Assembly: GCF_037042905.1 (NCBI RefSeq)
Contig: NC_087246.1
Coordinates: forward strand, 2,728,001 to 2,792,000
From: Lytechinus pictus
Taxonomy: Eukaryota
DNA: 64,000 bases
Reading direction: 5' to 3'
The position numbers and the translations under genes were made by a program. Below, in pieces: positions 1-15,900 of this stretch. Below the pieces are notes generated by a model. It was not told the DNA's origin. It saw nothing but the letters and a program-made list of their open reading frames with translations, and searched no databases. The number at the start of each line of letters is the position of its first letter. Positions within the stretch are counted from its first letter, which is position 1.

Positions 1-3000
1 ATTCTGAGTCTCAACTAAGAGTCAAACAAAAATACAGAAAATTATCTATCAGAAAGAAATACAACTGGCAATGATTGACAAAAAAAAAGATAGAAAATGA
101 TACCAACCTCTCAAATACTTGGAGTAGTACAGAAGAGTATATGAATAATGACTGTAACTAGCATATATCATCAGCTATGACATGTGTCCACAACACTAAC
201 ATCGGTCATTAATATACATACTGAATACAAATAGCTAAATGGCATGCAAAGTTGGGGCAATGGGAAAGGTGGAGATACCAGATGAGAAAATTATAGATAT
301 ATGAAAGGAGAGGGAAGAGGACAGATCAGAGAAAGACATTTCTGCCTAACATATAGGCCTACATCTATATAAAATAAATATTCTAGACATGTTGGGATTT
401 ATTAGACATGTAAGTGATACTCTTTCGATTTATGTTTGTAGTAAAAAAAGACATCTATACGCATAGTTTTGTGTGTTTGTACGTATATGTGTGTGCGTGA
501 TGTCTGTGCCTCAGAGAGAAAGACAGACAGACGCAATATATTAAAACAAAACGCAGACGGACAGTACACGTAGTTTTTATCACAAACGTGCCTGAAATTT
601 AAAACAAAGATTTAAAAAAGTAACAACTAATCAAGTTCTACGTATCACAGGGTAAGTATAACTAAGCACAGGAATATTTGGAAAACAAATATATAGAGAT
701 CGAGAGAGCATTACATCACCAAATACATTTTTAAGTATTGGTAGATTAAACAAACTACCAAAGAAAAAAATGTAACAACTTACTGGACGGCTTTTTAATT
801 TACTTCTACATAAACAATATATAAAAATGACATATAACATACAAATAATATTGGGAGACGAAATAAATTCAAAACCCATGAACATTGATCATACAAATTA
901 GACATTTTCATTATACTTTATACACTTAAAAAATTTAACAAAATATTTTTTCAAAGGGAACATCAATATTTTTGTTGGGTTGAATGATTCCACATGCTGT
1001 CTGAAGTGTGCGTTGTGTCAACATGAATACCGATGCAACATGATTTTTTTTTAAAGAAATAATGTTCAATTCAACAAATATTCATGCTCCTTTTTAACCT
1101 CAAGTTAAACTCAACCTTTTTAATACCCGTGTTAAGAAAACGAGATAAAACACGTTCTTTTTTAAAAGTTGTAACATCGACTAGTCCATGCATTCTTACC
1201 AACATTGTACGCTCGGAGGTACATGGTACAAAGGGATGAATAAATCTAGGGGGTGACATATTTTCACTGAAACAAAATCAAGTTAACAAAGGATTTTATG
1301 TAAAAACAAAGCGAAAAAATTGGTGCTCTATCCAGGTTGAACAAATTGGGGATCTGTTTTTCAATTAACATGACTCTGCTACGATTTTTTATGAATAAAT
1401 CGAAGAACGTTTACAATGGTGTGGTGCGTGCGACTGAAATACAGAGGTGTGAAATATGTATAGAAATGTACATTAATAACTGTAAGAACAGAAACGATAT
1501 CAACTTCTCATGCAAACCAATAGTCGTCGCTTTTATGGCGATTTGAAAATTTGAACAAAAATAAAGATGAAGTAATGGAAGGTGATTCAAACATTATTCT
1601 AATATTCTAATAAGAATAATTTGGGGAAATCAATCTATTTTTGAGATTTTTTTCCAGCTGACGACAATTAGAGTCACATTTGATTTCATAGAAATAAGAG
1701 TGTATGACAAAGTGGAATGTAGGTATCTATCATACCGGCTCCTGGGGGGTCGAATAACCTCAGGCTACAAGGCATACACTCAGAATGTCTGTCTAAATTT
1801 GCATCCATACGAAGTCTTGTATCTGTAAACGATTAATTTGGTCTCATTCTACCCAGGTATTGGTAGAAAATAATGCATGTTTCATCGCTACCATCCTTGA
1901 GGAAATCAATTTCCTATCTATAATTCAAAATATATCACTGTCCGTCAAATTGTAAACATTTGTTTCTTTGCCTTCGTGATTAAAAAACAAAATCGCATAC
2001 ACCTTCGCGCATGTAACTATTCGACAGAATGTTTTTTTTTACTACTTGAATCAATTGGAATCGATGAAGTTTCTTCTTGATTTCATAAAGAAAAACATGA
2101 CCTCCGTAACGGAATGAGGAAAAATTGATATCCACAATTTTCGCTTTGGACATACACAGAAAAGCAAGCTTAATGTTCATTATTCTGAATTTGAACATAT
2201 TTGGACATACTTATCATAGGCTGAATTAACTATCGTATAGATGCACACTTAAACGACATTCTGTAAAGAACTTACGGATTAAAGGTATATTCGGTTTGCA
2301 AACGCTCCACCAATCGTCATATTCGATTCCTGGTATGGCGGGAAAAAACGGGAGATAGTAATTGTATGATTCGGTTAATTACGTCATGATTATACATTAG
2401 CAATTAATATTCATCTAAATATTGGAAAGTTTCAACTGATCAATGAAGATATTTAATCTCAGTTGAATGAATAAGCATTATCATAATTTATCGTGTCATA
2501 CTTGAATACCTCCGATATTCGATAATCCATGGTACGTTCTTATTTTACTTTTTTTCTCTCAGGATGATATTCTCACAAGGGAAAAAAATTGAAGTAATCA
2601 CAATGAGAAGCTTGTCAGGTAAATTTAATTTCTTCAGCTTAGATTATTTAATGCTGTTGTATATGATATAGATTACATAAAATATATATTTTTCAACTGA
2701 TTGAAACAAATTACAATAATAATTGACATGATAATAATTGAAAACATAGATCGATAAAAATGTAAAGAGAGATTAACGTGGACTTTCCTCAATATTGAAT
2801 TATCTCTTAACATGTTTTTCCATCAAATATATTTTGATATCAAGCAAATCAAAGATAACTAATGTTCTATTATAAATGTCGAAGACAATAACAGCAGAAC
2901 TAAACTACGGTGTTTTTAATGCACATCATCCCCGTCCAAAAGTATAAAACTATTCGAAAAATTCTCCCTAAGCTAATGTATGTATGGTGTATTGCAAGTC

Positions 3001-4837
3001 ATCAATAGACACACATCACGGTGGCTTGCAAAATTGTTTTTATTTATGTAACATTCAATCTGATGATGCTCTATTAAACTAAAATAATGTCGTAGCACAA
3101 TGATTAGTTATACTGCATAAAGCATGCTGAGGGTAATGACGGGGTCACTAAGATGTTTTTTAAGCAAAGTATTAAAAACGACGTTAGTAACTTATCAAAA
3201 GCCAAAATGTAAGCCCAAAGATTACCTGAAATTTCAACAAAATATGACTGTAACAACTTACTTCCATCATAACACAAATCTCGCTCTAAGAATTTTTTTT
3301 CATCAATCGGAATAAGTGCATATTTTAACTAAAGCTTGTTATGAAAATTATCAAGAAGTGAATTTTCTTAATAATTTTCATATTCCAGTCATTCTTAAAG
3401 TCGCACATAAATAAAAACAAATTTTGAAACATCCCCATACTTTTTACAGCTACTACATGATATCACAGGTGCGTTACATTACTTTCACGATTTCCGTGAT
3501 GAAACTAAAAATTTCTTTGTCAAAGAAGTACATTTTTATATTGGTATGATTCATTTGCATCAAATTAGAACACTTCGATTCGCTTTGGAATACTATACAT
3601 GTAATTGTTTGAATGGAAAACTTGTATGATTGCTATGAGGCCAACATTTTGATTAAAATTATAACATAATAGCCTACACGTAAAGGACAGTAGATTCGAA
3701 AATATTGCTAATTTTGGTATTGAATCAATAAAGAAAATAGGTTCGAGTTTTGTTCTGGTTCTCTTTCGAGTGATAAAAAAACATTTACACTACTTTAACA
3801 GTTATGGTTTTAGGAGACATGAACATAAAATTAGAAGAAATATAAAATACATCAAAGGAAGTAGTAGAAATGTAGGCCAGTACCGAATTCCGTTGGTTTA
3901 TTTTATTTTTGCTGAGGTAGAAATGACCCCTTGATATTACCCCAATAATGCGGCCCCCTTGAGATTGTATGCATTTACTATCTACTAAAGACAAGCCTGT
4001 CACCAGCTGTCGGTTTATTTGAACTCTATATGACTTAATGGTATTGTGGACAAGGCGGCCACATCATAGTATATCAATGGGTCATGACAGACTTCACACC
4101 AATGGCAAATGATTGACCGAGATTCTTGCATCTCCACAGTGGAATCTCCCATAAGTATCTCCAAGGAACAGAGTTTGAGGGGAAATGGTTAAGGCTGGTC
4201 AATTTTAATGAGGCAATTCGAAAAGGATTACATTCCACTGCTCACAAAGATTACTTTTAGATGGAGTGATATTCAGTTATTTATAACTTCAAAATGGCTG
4301 TCTTGTTCTCGCAGTGGATTATTACGGATCCTATAAATTGTATATCAGATTTATTAAAAAGACCGTTATTTTTACATCTACTGTGGATGTTCCACTACAC
4401 TGAATTAATAAACAAAAACACCCCATCCGATTGACTTGTTGATTATTTTATTAAAGTTCTCATTGATTGTGATTTCCTACACCACCACCACCAGCACAAT
4501 CACCACCAATTATGCATCATCTCAAATGCGATGAAATAGTGAAGATATATGATATGAATGAAACCATTATTATCTTTTTTCCCCATACGGTATAGCTAAT
4601 GAGATGCCGAAGTGATCGCCCATTTCAAAGGAAACCTTGCTAAAAGAACAGGTGGTGAATAAAACTATCTCCGAGAAAAGGTCGATATACCTGTACAATA
4701 ATAGTAATAAAAAGTATGAAGAACAATACCTATATATACATGTATATATCATCAGAACTTTCAATATTGAGAGCTTGTTTTTTTTCATTTATCAAAGATC
4801 CTCGACTGATTGATTTAGGACTCCTTTAAAATATCCA

Positions 4838-4999
4838 GGGGGATGTTTCACAAAGATTAAAGGGCGACTTAGAGTCGCACTTAAGTGCTGACGCATATAT
4901 GCAACGATATGACCAATGTGGTCATGCCTTTTATACCGCAAGCAACTAGACATTTAAGTGCGACTCTAAGTCATACTTAAATCGTTGTGAACCACCCCC
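4838..4999. mobile_element. Short palindromic MITE (PIF/Harbinger-like)
   Basis: Ends GGGGGATGTTTCACAAAG / CGTTGTGAACCACCCCC; internal inverted arms GACTTAGAGTCGCACTTAA / TTAAGTGCGACTCTAAGTC; superfamily assignment inferred from termini. Confidence 0.65.
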
Positions 5000-6636
5000 G
5001 GGTAAATGAATAGCAACTCCCCCTCTAAAATAAATTTATGGAAAACTTTCCCATATCCTGTACCGCGCGGTTGGAAACTTGTAAACGACCTTTATACTTC
5101 CGATAGTGTCCCAAGAAATTGTGTAGATGTTCTGCACCAATTTGAGAAAGTACCATCAATGCATTGGTTCCAAACAAATACCTCGCCTGGATCCTTAAGT
5201 CAATTTCGCTCATTCGGTCGTGACATTTTGACAATACACCTTCGAATAAACACTCAAATTGCCATGCCAAATTGTAGCAGAAGTTCTGACAGAAATGGCT
5301 ATGAAGTTGATGAGAGTATGTAAAACTAAAAGTGAATTAGGCATAAGTATACCTTGCGACATAGACTGATAGAGATAAAGAGTTGACGCAAATGGATGAG
5401 ATTTGTTTTGTCTGGGATCAGAGACGTATGTCTGTCTTTTCGTCAAACATTTAAACAATATGGAAACCTACATCTAAATATAGTGCAGCAAGGTGATATG
5501 TACAGCGAATATAGGAGAAAAACCTTAAGATCACTATACCTTCACGTAAAAGAGGTATTCCTATAGATTCTACAATATTTATTCACATAAATTCTGATTG
5601 AAAGGGCAGACAGTTATCTATAAAAATTATATTGCATTGATTACACAAAATCAAGAAGACAGCTTAAGTGAACCTTCTTAATCAACTGCTTATTGCTTAT
5701 ATTGTTTACCGTATAGATGCAGTGAGTTTTTAGTGCTCCTTGAGGTCAACTGTGAGCTTAGCATTTCGGATGTGGGATTGATATTGGTATTTCCTGTTGA
5801 CCTTAATACAATTACAGGACAATAGAACACTTTCATGCTTCATAAAATGTATATTACACATTCATGTTAATGTTGAGCTTCGATGTGAATAGAAATAGAC
5901 AACTATTTTTTTAGGAATGGTTAATAAATAACTTACAACAGATTATTAAGAATAATACATTTTGGAAACGTATTCTCTAATTAACTGTGTGTTATCAAAT
6001 AGCTAGTTTTAAAATATAGCTTTAGAGATTACTATTAGAAATATAGAGAATAAATTAGCCTATTATTTTACTTGTGCAAACTAAAACGCACTTGAGAGGA
6101 AAAGTACATGTTTTGCTGATTGGTGACATGACATATGAATGTAAATAGTGAAAAGGTGTGTGATAATTGAAAGTGGACACATATTACCAGACTACACTGC
6201 CAATAATGTTGCATTGTGGGCTAGAAACCTGGCCGCATAGGAGTAGTTAAGGACTTGAGATGGGGCCATAAAGGCTGCTGTTACGTATGCCCTTTAAAAC
6301 GACTGTTTTCTTGAATCGGTGTCAAAATATGCAATTATTGGGCGTGTTTCTGATATTAAAGTTAACTTATTGACACTCTTCTACAACTTGTTTTATGATC
6401 TCAATATATACATACATGTATCCTCTTGTATTTTTCAGACCGCTTATGACGGAGTCTTAATCAAGACGAAAGCTAAAGCTAAGAATGGTTTCCTTTGTCG
6501 TCGTTTGAGTTGACCCTCATCTTATAATATATATATATATATATATATATGTGAAGTTATACATGTACAACAGCTTTGGCAACTCTTTTATTTAAATATT
6601 GTGTGAAAGAAAGGGATGAAGACAACAATGGTAGGC

Positions 6637-6683
<47 letters not shown>

Positions 6684-6686
<3 letters not shown>

Positions 6687-7503
6687 TGCGTCCCACAAAA
6701 AACGAAACCGAGATTTAGCGATGATTTATTATAACTTAATCATAAATACAATAGACAAATGACCTATCAATGTAAAGCTTAGAATCTACCCTTTCATCTG
6801 ATATTACTTAGATTATTCCTCATTCAAGCATGAGTGAGCAAAAACAATTTGAAGAAAGGTTACCAAAAACTCATTTGGCGGGGGGTATCGGAATTTCAAA
6901 AAGAAAATCACATGCCTAAGAAGTTCAATATCTGCTCTTTTATTTCATACCTTAATCATAAAAAATGGTCAAGAAGTAAGAAAGTTATGGTCCCTCGAAA
7001 CAATGCTTGTATTTCCATAATTTCATTAAATAAACGTGTTTTCACCGGTTTCCCACAGAAGCTATCGCACGGTTAACAAAAGACTTAATGCATGGCTGAT
7101 CGTCAACAAAACGGAGTGTCGAGTGAGTTTGAACGCTAGCCTGTTAAACCTTTTCATTTTATGAAATTAATGAAATTCAAGCCTTTTTTCAAATAACCAG
7201 AACTTTGTTATTTCTTGACCATTTTCTAAAATTGAGGTATCAAATTAAAGAACAGATATTGAACCTTTTAAAAATGTGGTTTTCTTTTTTAAACCCAGAT
7301 ACAACCCGCCAAATGAATTTTTGGTATCCCCTTTTCAAATTGTTTTTGCTCACTCATGCGTGAATGAGAAATAATCTAAGTAATTTCAGATGAAAGAGGA
7401 GATTCTAAGCTTTACAATGGTAGGTCATTTGTCTATTGTTTTTGTGATTAAGTTATGATAAATCATCGATAAATCTCGGTTTCGTTTTTTGTGGGACGCA
7501 CTG
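6684..7503. mobile_element. Non-autonomous Tc1/mariner-type MITE with long (about 300 bp) TIRs inserted in (TA)n
   Basis: Starts TA|CAGTGCGTCCCACAAAAAACGAAACCGAGATTTA, ends TAAATCTCGGTTTCGTTTTTGTGGGACGCACTG|TA; inverted similarity extends about 300 bp; flanked by TA microsatellite. Confidence 0.85.
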
Positions 7504-10500
7504 TATATATATACATATATATATGTGTGTGTGTGTGCTTGTGTGTTATTATTATTATAATCATCATCATTATTATTATTACTATTATCATTATTATACT
7601 TGTTGTTGCTGTTGCTTTCATTATTATTATGAAAGAAGGTCTCAAAATAAACAAATATATTTCATACACGTACACCCTCCCTTAATACCCCTCCCCACAC
7701 ATACCATATCAGCCTTACACTCGCATCCACACAACTTCACCATCCTATCATAAACTTTATATGAGGAATTATGATATATTGTTATTTTACCTAGACTATG
7801 TACAAACGATTATGTAGGTCAATAATATCAGTGAATGTTAAAACAATCCAGAACGAACAGGAGCCATCGATTTACTGATGTCACCACAGTTTATTTTCAA
7901 TTAATCACTTCTTAATGAGAAGCGATTAGGTTCTCCTGGTGTAAAGGGAATCCAGGAATCAAGGGAAATTAGATTTAATTGAGTAAATAGCCAGGTTTTT
8001 CGTTCAGCATCTCCCTGAGCAGTTCATTGATGAACCTGTTAACTCCTATCATATCCTAATCTCCAAGAGTAGACTTGCTCAAGTCTATATCGACCAAAAA
8101 TATATTCACGTTTTGTGTGTGTGTATGTGTTTATTTTTTCTTTTACTAGAGATATCGGTTTTCGAACTCATCTTTATTTCCTGAACTTTATTTATAAAGT
8201 GGAAATAAAAAAAATATTTTTTTTTCGTTACAAGTCTGTTTCGATGCCCAAAACCAATCATTAGCGCTCTTGAATTTCATTATAATTTTTATCATCTGAT
8301 TATTGGTTGTTGGTATACTTCAAGGATCGCGAAGCCTTTGAGAGCTAAACTCAATGAATTGCAAATTTCAAATTGATGGCTACAATAAATTGCAAATAGA
8401 TATTTTGAACAACCTTTGGAAATAGATATAGATTATCTCTTAATAAAACTTAACACCTTTCCAGTTACAGGGTTTTAAAGGAAATAATTTAATGATGGAG
8501 AAGAGAGGACAGCAAGTGGACGTTTTGCTTTACTACTTTTTTTTTATTTTTTACTTTTTATCGATTCTGATAATGTACTGTTTATATAATAATTGTGAAT
8601 ATTTTTTCATGATAGAATGTCGTGGGTAGCAATCTAATCCAGTAATGGATGAGAGACTAATGAATTTGGGACAGTTCACTGTACACGTAGTATAGGGTTC
8701 ACTATCACTATATGGCAGGCTCTCCGCGAATACTTCGTTTGGTACCAAGAGCAAACTTGGCACTGGCGTTGTTAAAACTAATGAGGACGGGTCGGCAAAA
8801 ACCATTAACAACGAATTCCATCAGTTGTTTTTCTATTTCTATGAGATAGATAACGAAGGGCTGTAATAGGTTTAGCAGATCTTTATCTTAAATGAATCAA
8901 ATAGTCAGATGTTGTATGATTGTATCCTGTACAAATCCGGCAGAAGGCATTCAGCATCAGAATCCCAAGTTGTTTACATTTCTTATGATTACGCTATATG
9001 CAATTGTGGTATCCTTTAATTGGTATAAAGGTATGACATAATTTCTTGTAGCAACAATTTCCTAAAGATTAAAACCAATACCTTAAGGGAAATTATTATA
9101 TGCATACTGTTATCTTATAGAATTTAAAAATTAACTCGGAATTGAGCTCAGGAATGACTGATCAGGTATTTCAAAATATCTAAAATCACAAAGATTACAT
9201 GGTAGGGACTACAAATAACTTTTGCAAGCACATATCAACATAATGAAATGGAATATACCTAAACAAGAAATATATCCCGATGGTTAACATAATTATAATT
9301 TTAAATTATTTTGTAAGTGAAAGTAATATTGTATCTCGCAACCACGCAATACCTCAACTTTAACTTTCACATGTGTGCGGGGTATTCGAGTCAGAGTGTT
9401 ACGTGCGAATGTGTGTGTTTCTTGTGGGAGTGGGTGTGTGCGTGTTGTTTACGAGGGCGTCGTTAAAAATTATAATTTGAGTACTTATCTTTAAGTAACA
9501 CGTTGCCCTTCGTTACTATCCATACGACATGATATTATTTTGTTGGTTTATTTGCATATATACGGATCAGAACCCATCATGTTTTCCACATGGAATCCCA
9601 ATGAAAGAACTTTGACATGTATATTTTGTTGTTGTTAATGGTAGCTCCTCTTACTCTACATGACTTTTTATGTTGTTTTTTATTTATTCATTGCTATTTC
9701 TGTAATTAATCTAACACGAATAACTAAAAACTGGAAGCAAAATATGTGCATATACCATATATACCCGCAATCTACACGACGATAACATTGAAATAAATGG
9801 TTAGAAACGGTAATGTGAAAAGAAAATTCCCACGGGCCTGTGAGAGGCCTAGATGAACTGAAAAGGAAAATCAATTTTGAGGTGATTCAGAAGTGCATAT
9901 TGTGCTTAATCGCGCACAAGTACGGATCGAAACTGGACGCAACGAGGGAGGAGATAACAGGTAGCGGGCCGACAAAACCTGTTCCTTTGGATGAGAATCA
10001 AATCAATTGAATCATCATGTACTTATTTGCTCTTGGTCTCAGTACATGTAGAACTAGATGTAAAAGGCGATTGCTCAAGTCTTGAGCATCGTGAAGGTTA
10101 TTAGCCTGGTCAGACTGAGACACCATGATAAACAAAAATAATGGAACCAGAAAGATGAATCGTGTTGTGTTTTAAATTTGGTATATTTCTTTATTAAAGA
10201 AATCAAGGTGGATTTAATGTGAAAATTCTTGAACCGTGAGCACTAAATATCATTAATAATAGTATCCAAGTGATTTATGTTTGATAATTCATTGATATAG
10301 GTTTGCAGGGGAGTCATCTTCAGTTCTGAAAAAACTGCTTCACAAAAACTCCTAAAGTTTTGCAAATATCATTCTCAATCAAAATACTGTTGCTCACTAC
10401 AGCCCATATACTCCGAAAGATGTTTAATGGTATAGCGCAAAATATATTCATGGACAGCACGGTCGTGATCTATTCAATGAACATATGAGAATTTGAAAAT

Positions 10501-11759
10501 GGACCACTAGTTATTATTCCTTATTAAATACCCCAAAATATAAATACAAGCGGTCTTATTTTCAAGAGGGTAGGAATCACCCTATCTTGAAACCATGAAA
10601 CCATCCTATATACCCATTCAAGCCTAATCACGCTAATCGAATTAACCTCATTTCACTTGATATTCTGCAATCTTGTTCAGGAAATTAATTACTTTGATTT
10701 AGGGCTTATTTCCCGCAGACTACAGAGAAAGTATGATAATGATCAAATAATATCAGTCCATATAAAATCGATAAACTCTCTTTCAGGTCTTTAACTACAG
10801 TAGAATCAAAATAGTTTACTTATTTATATAATAAATATTTGGTACTTACATTATATTCAAACATCATCAGACCTATACAATTTTCTTGGCACTTTAATTC
10901 TTAAATGCTCGAGGGAATGACCATCATTTGATTTTGGTTCCACTTTTTTTTTACCCTGTTCCTTCTCCATCATGAAGTTATATCAAGTAGTATGTACATA
11001 TTATTCTTCGGGAAAAAATTACTCTAATAAAAATAAATCTATCTTCAATGTCATTCTAGCACATATGTCATAAAATTTCATACATTATGTATATTTTTTC
11101 AAGTATTGTAAACATATCTATTTTCAAGAAATTAATTTGACAGGTAAATTGTCATGCAAAATAAATTTAACTGTTTTCTTTTAATATTTTCAAATTTTAT
11201 TGTAATGTACAAATATTTTGTAGAACCTGTGCATGCAGATTTAGGTATTCTTCTTGTTTCTATGTGTAAGCCTTCCAAGGATATAGACAATGACAATGAC
11301 ATTATCATGTAGGCCTAATCCATAATATATTTGACAACCCATTTATATGAATAATTTATTCATAAAGCATTCGTAAAATATATGATGAAAAGTAAAATAA
11401 TTATGCTGTTTGAATGATCGAACGGTCGAATAATTGCCTTGATTCCTGCCTGCGGATGGAAAAGTGTCAAGAAGCTCATCAGTTGTGAAAATGACCTTCG
11501 ACATATTTAACTTCCATACGTGTAGACTTGCCATTACACTATTAATCTTGATGCTCAACATGCTTGCTAATATTCTGATGCAAACCAATCTGCTCAATAT
11601 TGATACTACATTGAACTTCATTTATATCGTAATTTTATGTATTTTGTGCACTTTTGTGGATTTTGATGTATTTTGAATTTATAATGTCTATTCTCTTCAA
11701 GTTCTTTCCATTTCTTTTCTGTTTGTTTTACAGAAAAACGTGTCATATAACATGCTTTT

Positions 11760-12990
11760 TCATTCTTCCAGTACGGTTTTATGATGGAAGACACATTGGA
11801 TGAAACGTTTACTCCAAATAATTATAATACCATAACGAATATTTTGAATGAAAACAAATTTGTAAACGAATATTTCGAAATATTTTCAATGCAAAATATG
11901 ATAAAATATTGTCAAATAACATATCGCACAAATTTGAATTAATTGGTATCACTGAAACTTGGTTGTGTGACACTTTGTCGGTAAACATGTATAACCTAGA
12001 TAATTTTACCTTTTTGCATGAAAGTCGAAAAAAAAAGGAATTGGTTTATATATCAATAAGTCACTAAGCTATATGGTGACATATGTGGATAATTTTTTTT
12101 TTACATTTTATACAGTTTTTCACTATATCCAATCATAGAAAGCCCGGCACGTATAACATCATCATTACAGCAACCATATGAGTTCGGGATCCTTGATAAG
12201 TGAAGTGATTACCTGCCAATATTTAGAACACTTAATTCGAGCTCTATCCTAAATAAGGAAGACAATATTCAACTTTAACTAATGAACGTGTTATATCTGA
12301 GTCGAACTTGCAGTTATTTTCCTCAAAATTAAGTGAATTATAACGGAATATTTACAGAAGTGAAGCTATTAATTGTGGTTATGGAAATGTTATGAGTAAA
12401 ATGAATGAATGTTTTCCTTTTAAATCTACTGGCACTAGAACATATAATAGAAAACACTGGATTACTCGAGAATTACTCAAGCTATGTAAAAAAAGGTCTA
12501 GATTATACAATAAATATCTTCATAAACCATCAAACATAAATGAAAAAGTTATTAATAATTTCATAATTATGTATCACCGAAACTAAGACAGGCAAAAAAA
12601 ATTCTATCGAAGGTTTGTAGACGTAAAAAACAATTTTAAATCTACTTGGAATTCGATTAATGTATTGTTGAAAACAAATATTAAAAAATCACTGATTATT
12701 GATACCCTCAGTCTTGAAAATAGTAAATTACCTCATGTAGTCCAATGCCTTTAACAATTTCTTTGTAAATATTGGTGAAAAATTATTGGAAAACCAAACA
12801 CGTACATGTTGTAATTCCTTTAAATCATACTTGAACAGTCTTAATAACCACACAGCTTTTTTAAACCTACTAGCACATCTGAAATTCTGAAAATTGTCCA
12901 TGATATGAAGAATGAAACTAGTGCCGGAATTGATTCTATAAATATTAAGTTTATTAAACGTGTAACTTGTTTTATCAGTGAACCATTTTT
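11760..12990 (+). mobile_element. Highly decayed CR1/L2-group LINE fragment (endonuclease and linker)
   Basis: Broken frames encode FELIGITETWL (APE motif), KHWITRELLKLCKKRSRLY, NAFNNFFVNIG, NETSAGIDSINIKFIK; boundaries approximate. Confidence 0.7.
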
Positions 12991-15900
12991 TCAAATTCAA
13001 ATTCAATTCGGTTATATTAAACAATACTCATCAAAAAGTCCGAAGACTAACAATGTGAGTTTACGTTTTTTTAAATACATTACAGAGGAACATGCAGTGA
13101 CCATTAAAGAAAAAAAATACATTATGTTTAAAATGCGATAATAGTATAAAAAGAAATAGAATGAGCAGATGCATGTAATAAGACGGTTTGTGCAAAACCT
13201 TTAACCAAAGATTGATTACTGGAGGAGTATCATATGACTTGAAGGCTGCTCAGGTTAATATTTGGTATCGTTTATGTTTAAATGTTTCTAATTGTAGATT
13301 TTATCTTTGTAGGGAATCATCATTGACAAGCCCATATGTTTTGTTTTATTCCCCCACTTATGTGCAATCATTTGTGAAACATACATCGTATAGATCTTTT
13401 GATGTTTTTAACACAAGAGTAAATGAAATGAAATAAATACATAACTTTTGAAACATGGCGGTATTGGACCTTGCTTTAAACTTGTCCATCTTTGAAAAAA
13501 GATAATGGTACAACTTGTTTTCAAAAGAGCGGAATATTGTTTGCAGTTAAGAAGTAAAAAATGATATGTGTGTGTGAGTAACACGTAACGGTATTTTATT
13601 CTGATGGAGAAAAATGGGAGACTCATCCGATTAACGATACAGTATACCCGGAATGCTCATTAATGAACTATCACGTATGATTTATTCATGAAGTATAGCC
13701 CATTCATAATGTCAGGTGTAGTGTAATGATTTCCAGGCAAACATATGAATAAAAATACAAAGATGTTGACGACCTTACTAATTTTGTCATTTACACCGTG
13801 AAAAATACGGGCTAATTAAATTTGATCTAATTAAAAGGTATGCTAAATTGGCGTGAATAACTTAAGGGAAACAAGTGATACAATTAGATAATGAGATAAG
13901 TTTAGCAACTGTGGACAACTGTATATCGCTGAGAGTGTGTATCACCATGATAACAGATTATATATGGAGGTGCCTTGGCCGAGTGATTTCATTTTAAAAT
14001 ATAACACCTATACACAGTTGAACACAGGTAATAATGGAAACAAAATTCACAGCATGTACTACAGATTAAAATACGAGCGTGATGAGCATGGTCTTCAAGA
14101 GGTCAGATTCATTTCAATTCAGTTTTACTCTTTTTCAATTTAAAATGGTTTCAGGCTTGCTGTCTATTTTCTTGAATTATTAAATTTCTTCTGTATAAAA
14201 TGACGTTGAGCCATAAAACTCTGGGAGCTCCATAATTTCTGACAAAGATTATTACTTGTGAAAAGTAAAAATGACTGTTTTTGTAGCACCATGATGAATT
14301 CAGTAAATATTCAGCTTGAAATTGTTTCCCTTGTCCAATATTGTTACCGTTTAGGTTTTTTGGCTCTTCAACAAGTCTCAATTCCTAATTGATCTCAGAT
14401 TGTTTGGCTCTTTGAATTACATCTTCGTTCAAAGTAAGAATATTTATCCCGAATTATCTTGAGATTCAACCTCAATCATGACGACAGTGGTAACGTGAGC
14501 TTGAAAATGAAAAGCTGAAACCTCGTTCAGACTATACCACACATCGTCGTTTCTTAGTCTGATAGGATTAGTAGCATATTTTGGCGTGGGTGTCTTGTGT
14601 AGAAATGGCGCATAAAGGCGAAAACTCGATTGTATATTCTACAGGCGATCAAAATACCGCCTGAAAATCAATTTTTGATTATGTAAGTAAATAAAGATAT
14701 CTTATATACTTTATCCTATTTTCTAAACCACTTCCATCTAACTGTATTGCAAACCAAATCTCCGTTGTACAATATAATTTTGAATTTTGTATGTCCTGTT
14801 GACTATAATTATGTTTGCTCGACAGGTTTGGTAGAACATTTCCCATCGTCTGGATGAGCTACTAAGAGATTGGGGAACTCCAAATCAATAAACTTCGAAT
14901 TTAAGCACTGACTTAACTGCATTCGGGGAATGCTCCTTTCTCTTCCGAGTGTCCCATACAGCCGAAACCAGGTTATTAACACAAGAAATGCCAGCAAACG
15001 AGAATGACTGCATTAAACCACACACAAGGAAAGAAACGTAGGTACTTTATAGCTCCATGGTTATAGTAGTTTTACTCAAGCATATACTTATTATTGACGT
15101 AGAGCGTCATCATCAAAGTCAATTATTAATCACTATCCAATTTTTGGTAGTGTTTTTTCTCGCTTTTTCTCTTTTTTCTTCACTGCTTGTACAATTAGAG
15201 GGGATGGTCACGTACGCCTTGTCCCCTAGCACCGCCTGTGAATGTATTACAATAAACTACAAACTTTCCTTAGGAGCAACGCTTGCCAATGACCCTATCT
15301 TTCATCTCCCATTATGTCATTACAAACTGATGCAACAAGAAATGTGTGTCGTTTAAGTTTGTATGATCTACTATAATTGTTTCCCTGTCACGTTGTATCA
15401 TCCACTACGAATACTCCAGTCAAGAACAGACCTGAACTTTTACAAAGGTCTCCGCCAATATTACATGTGAATTATAAAATATTGTGCTAATCAGAACATT
15501 ATGATTTTTTGCATGCGTTTTCATAATCAGTGTCAGTTAAAGCAATTGTATAAAAGTCATATTTTGAATTATACATTTGCAATCTGAATGTTTATTGTTT
15601 TGATTATTCACAAGTTGGAAACTGTGGTTGGCTGTATCAATTTATGTTTATGGGTGTGGGGCTGTGCGTATCTATTTGCTTGGATTTTCCAATTTTCAAA
15701 GCGTAAACCACGTTTATCATCATTCTGAATGCAATTCAAATTTAGCACTTGGCCAAGCAATTCCATTCCATCTCAAAATTCACTGAGTTCAAATTTGCTC
15801 ATTATTCAGGGATCAGTAGCTCTATGAGCAAAATAAAAAATTGATGGTGCCATATATGGTGTATCAAATTCCTAACAAGTTGTGAGCGAGCAAAGTGAGT

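Noticed and set aside
7463-7753. ORFs rich in Ile, Tyr or His
   Set aside because: Translations of TA, TG and ATT microsatellites; the same applies to 23560-24123, 41964-42155, 45984-46397 and 48463-48711.
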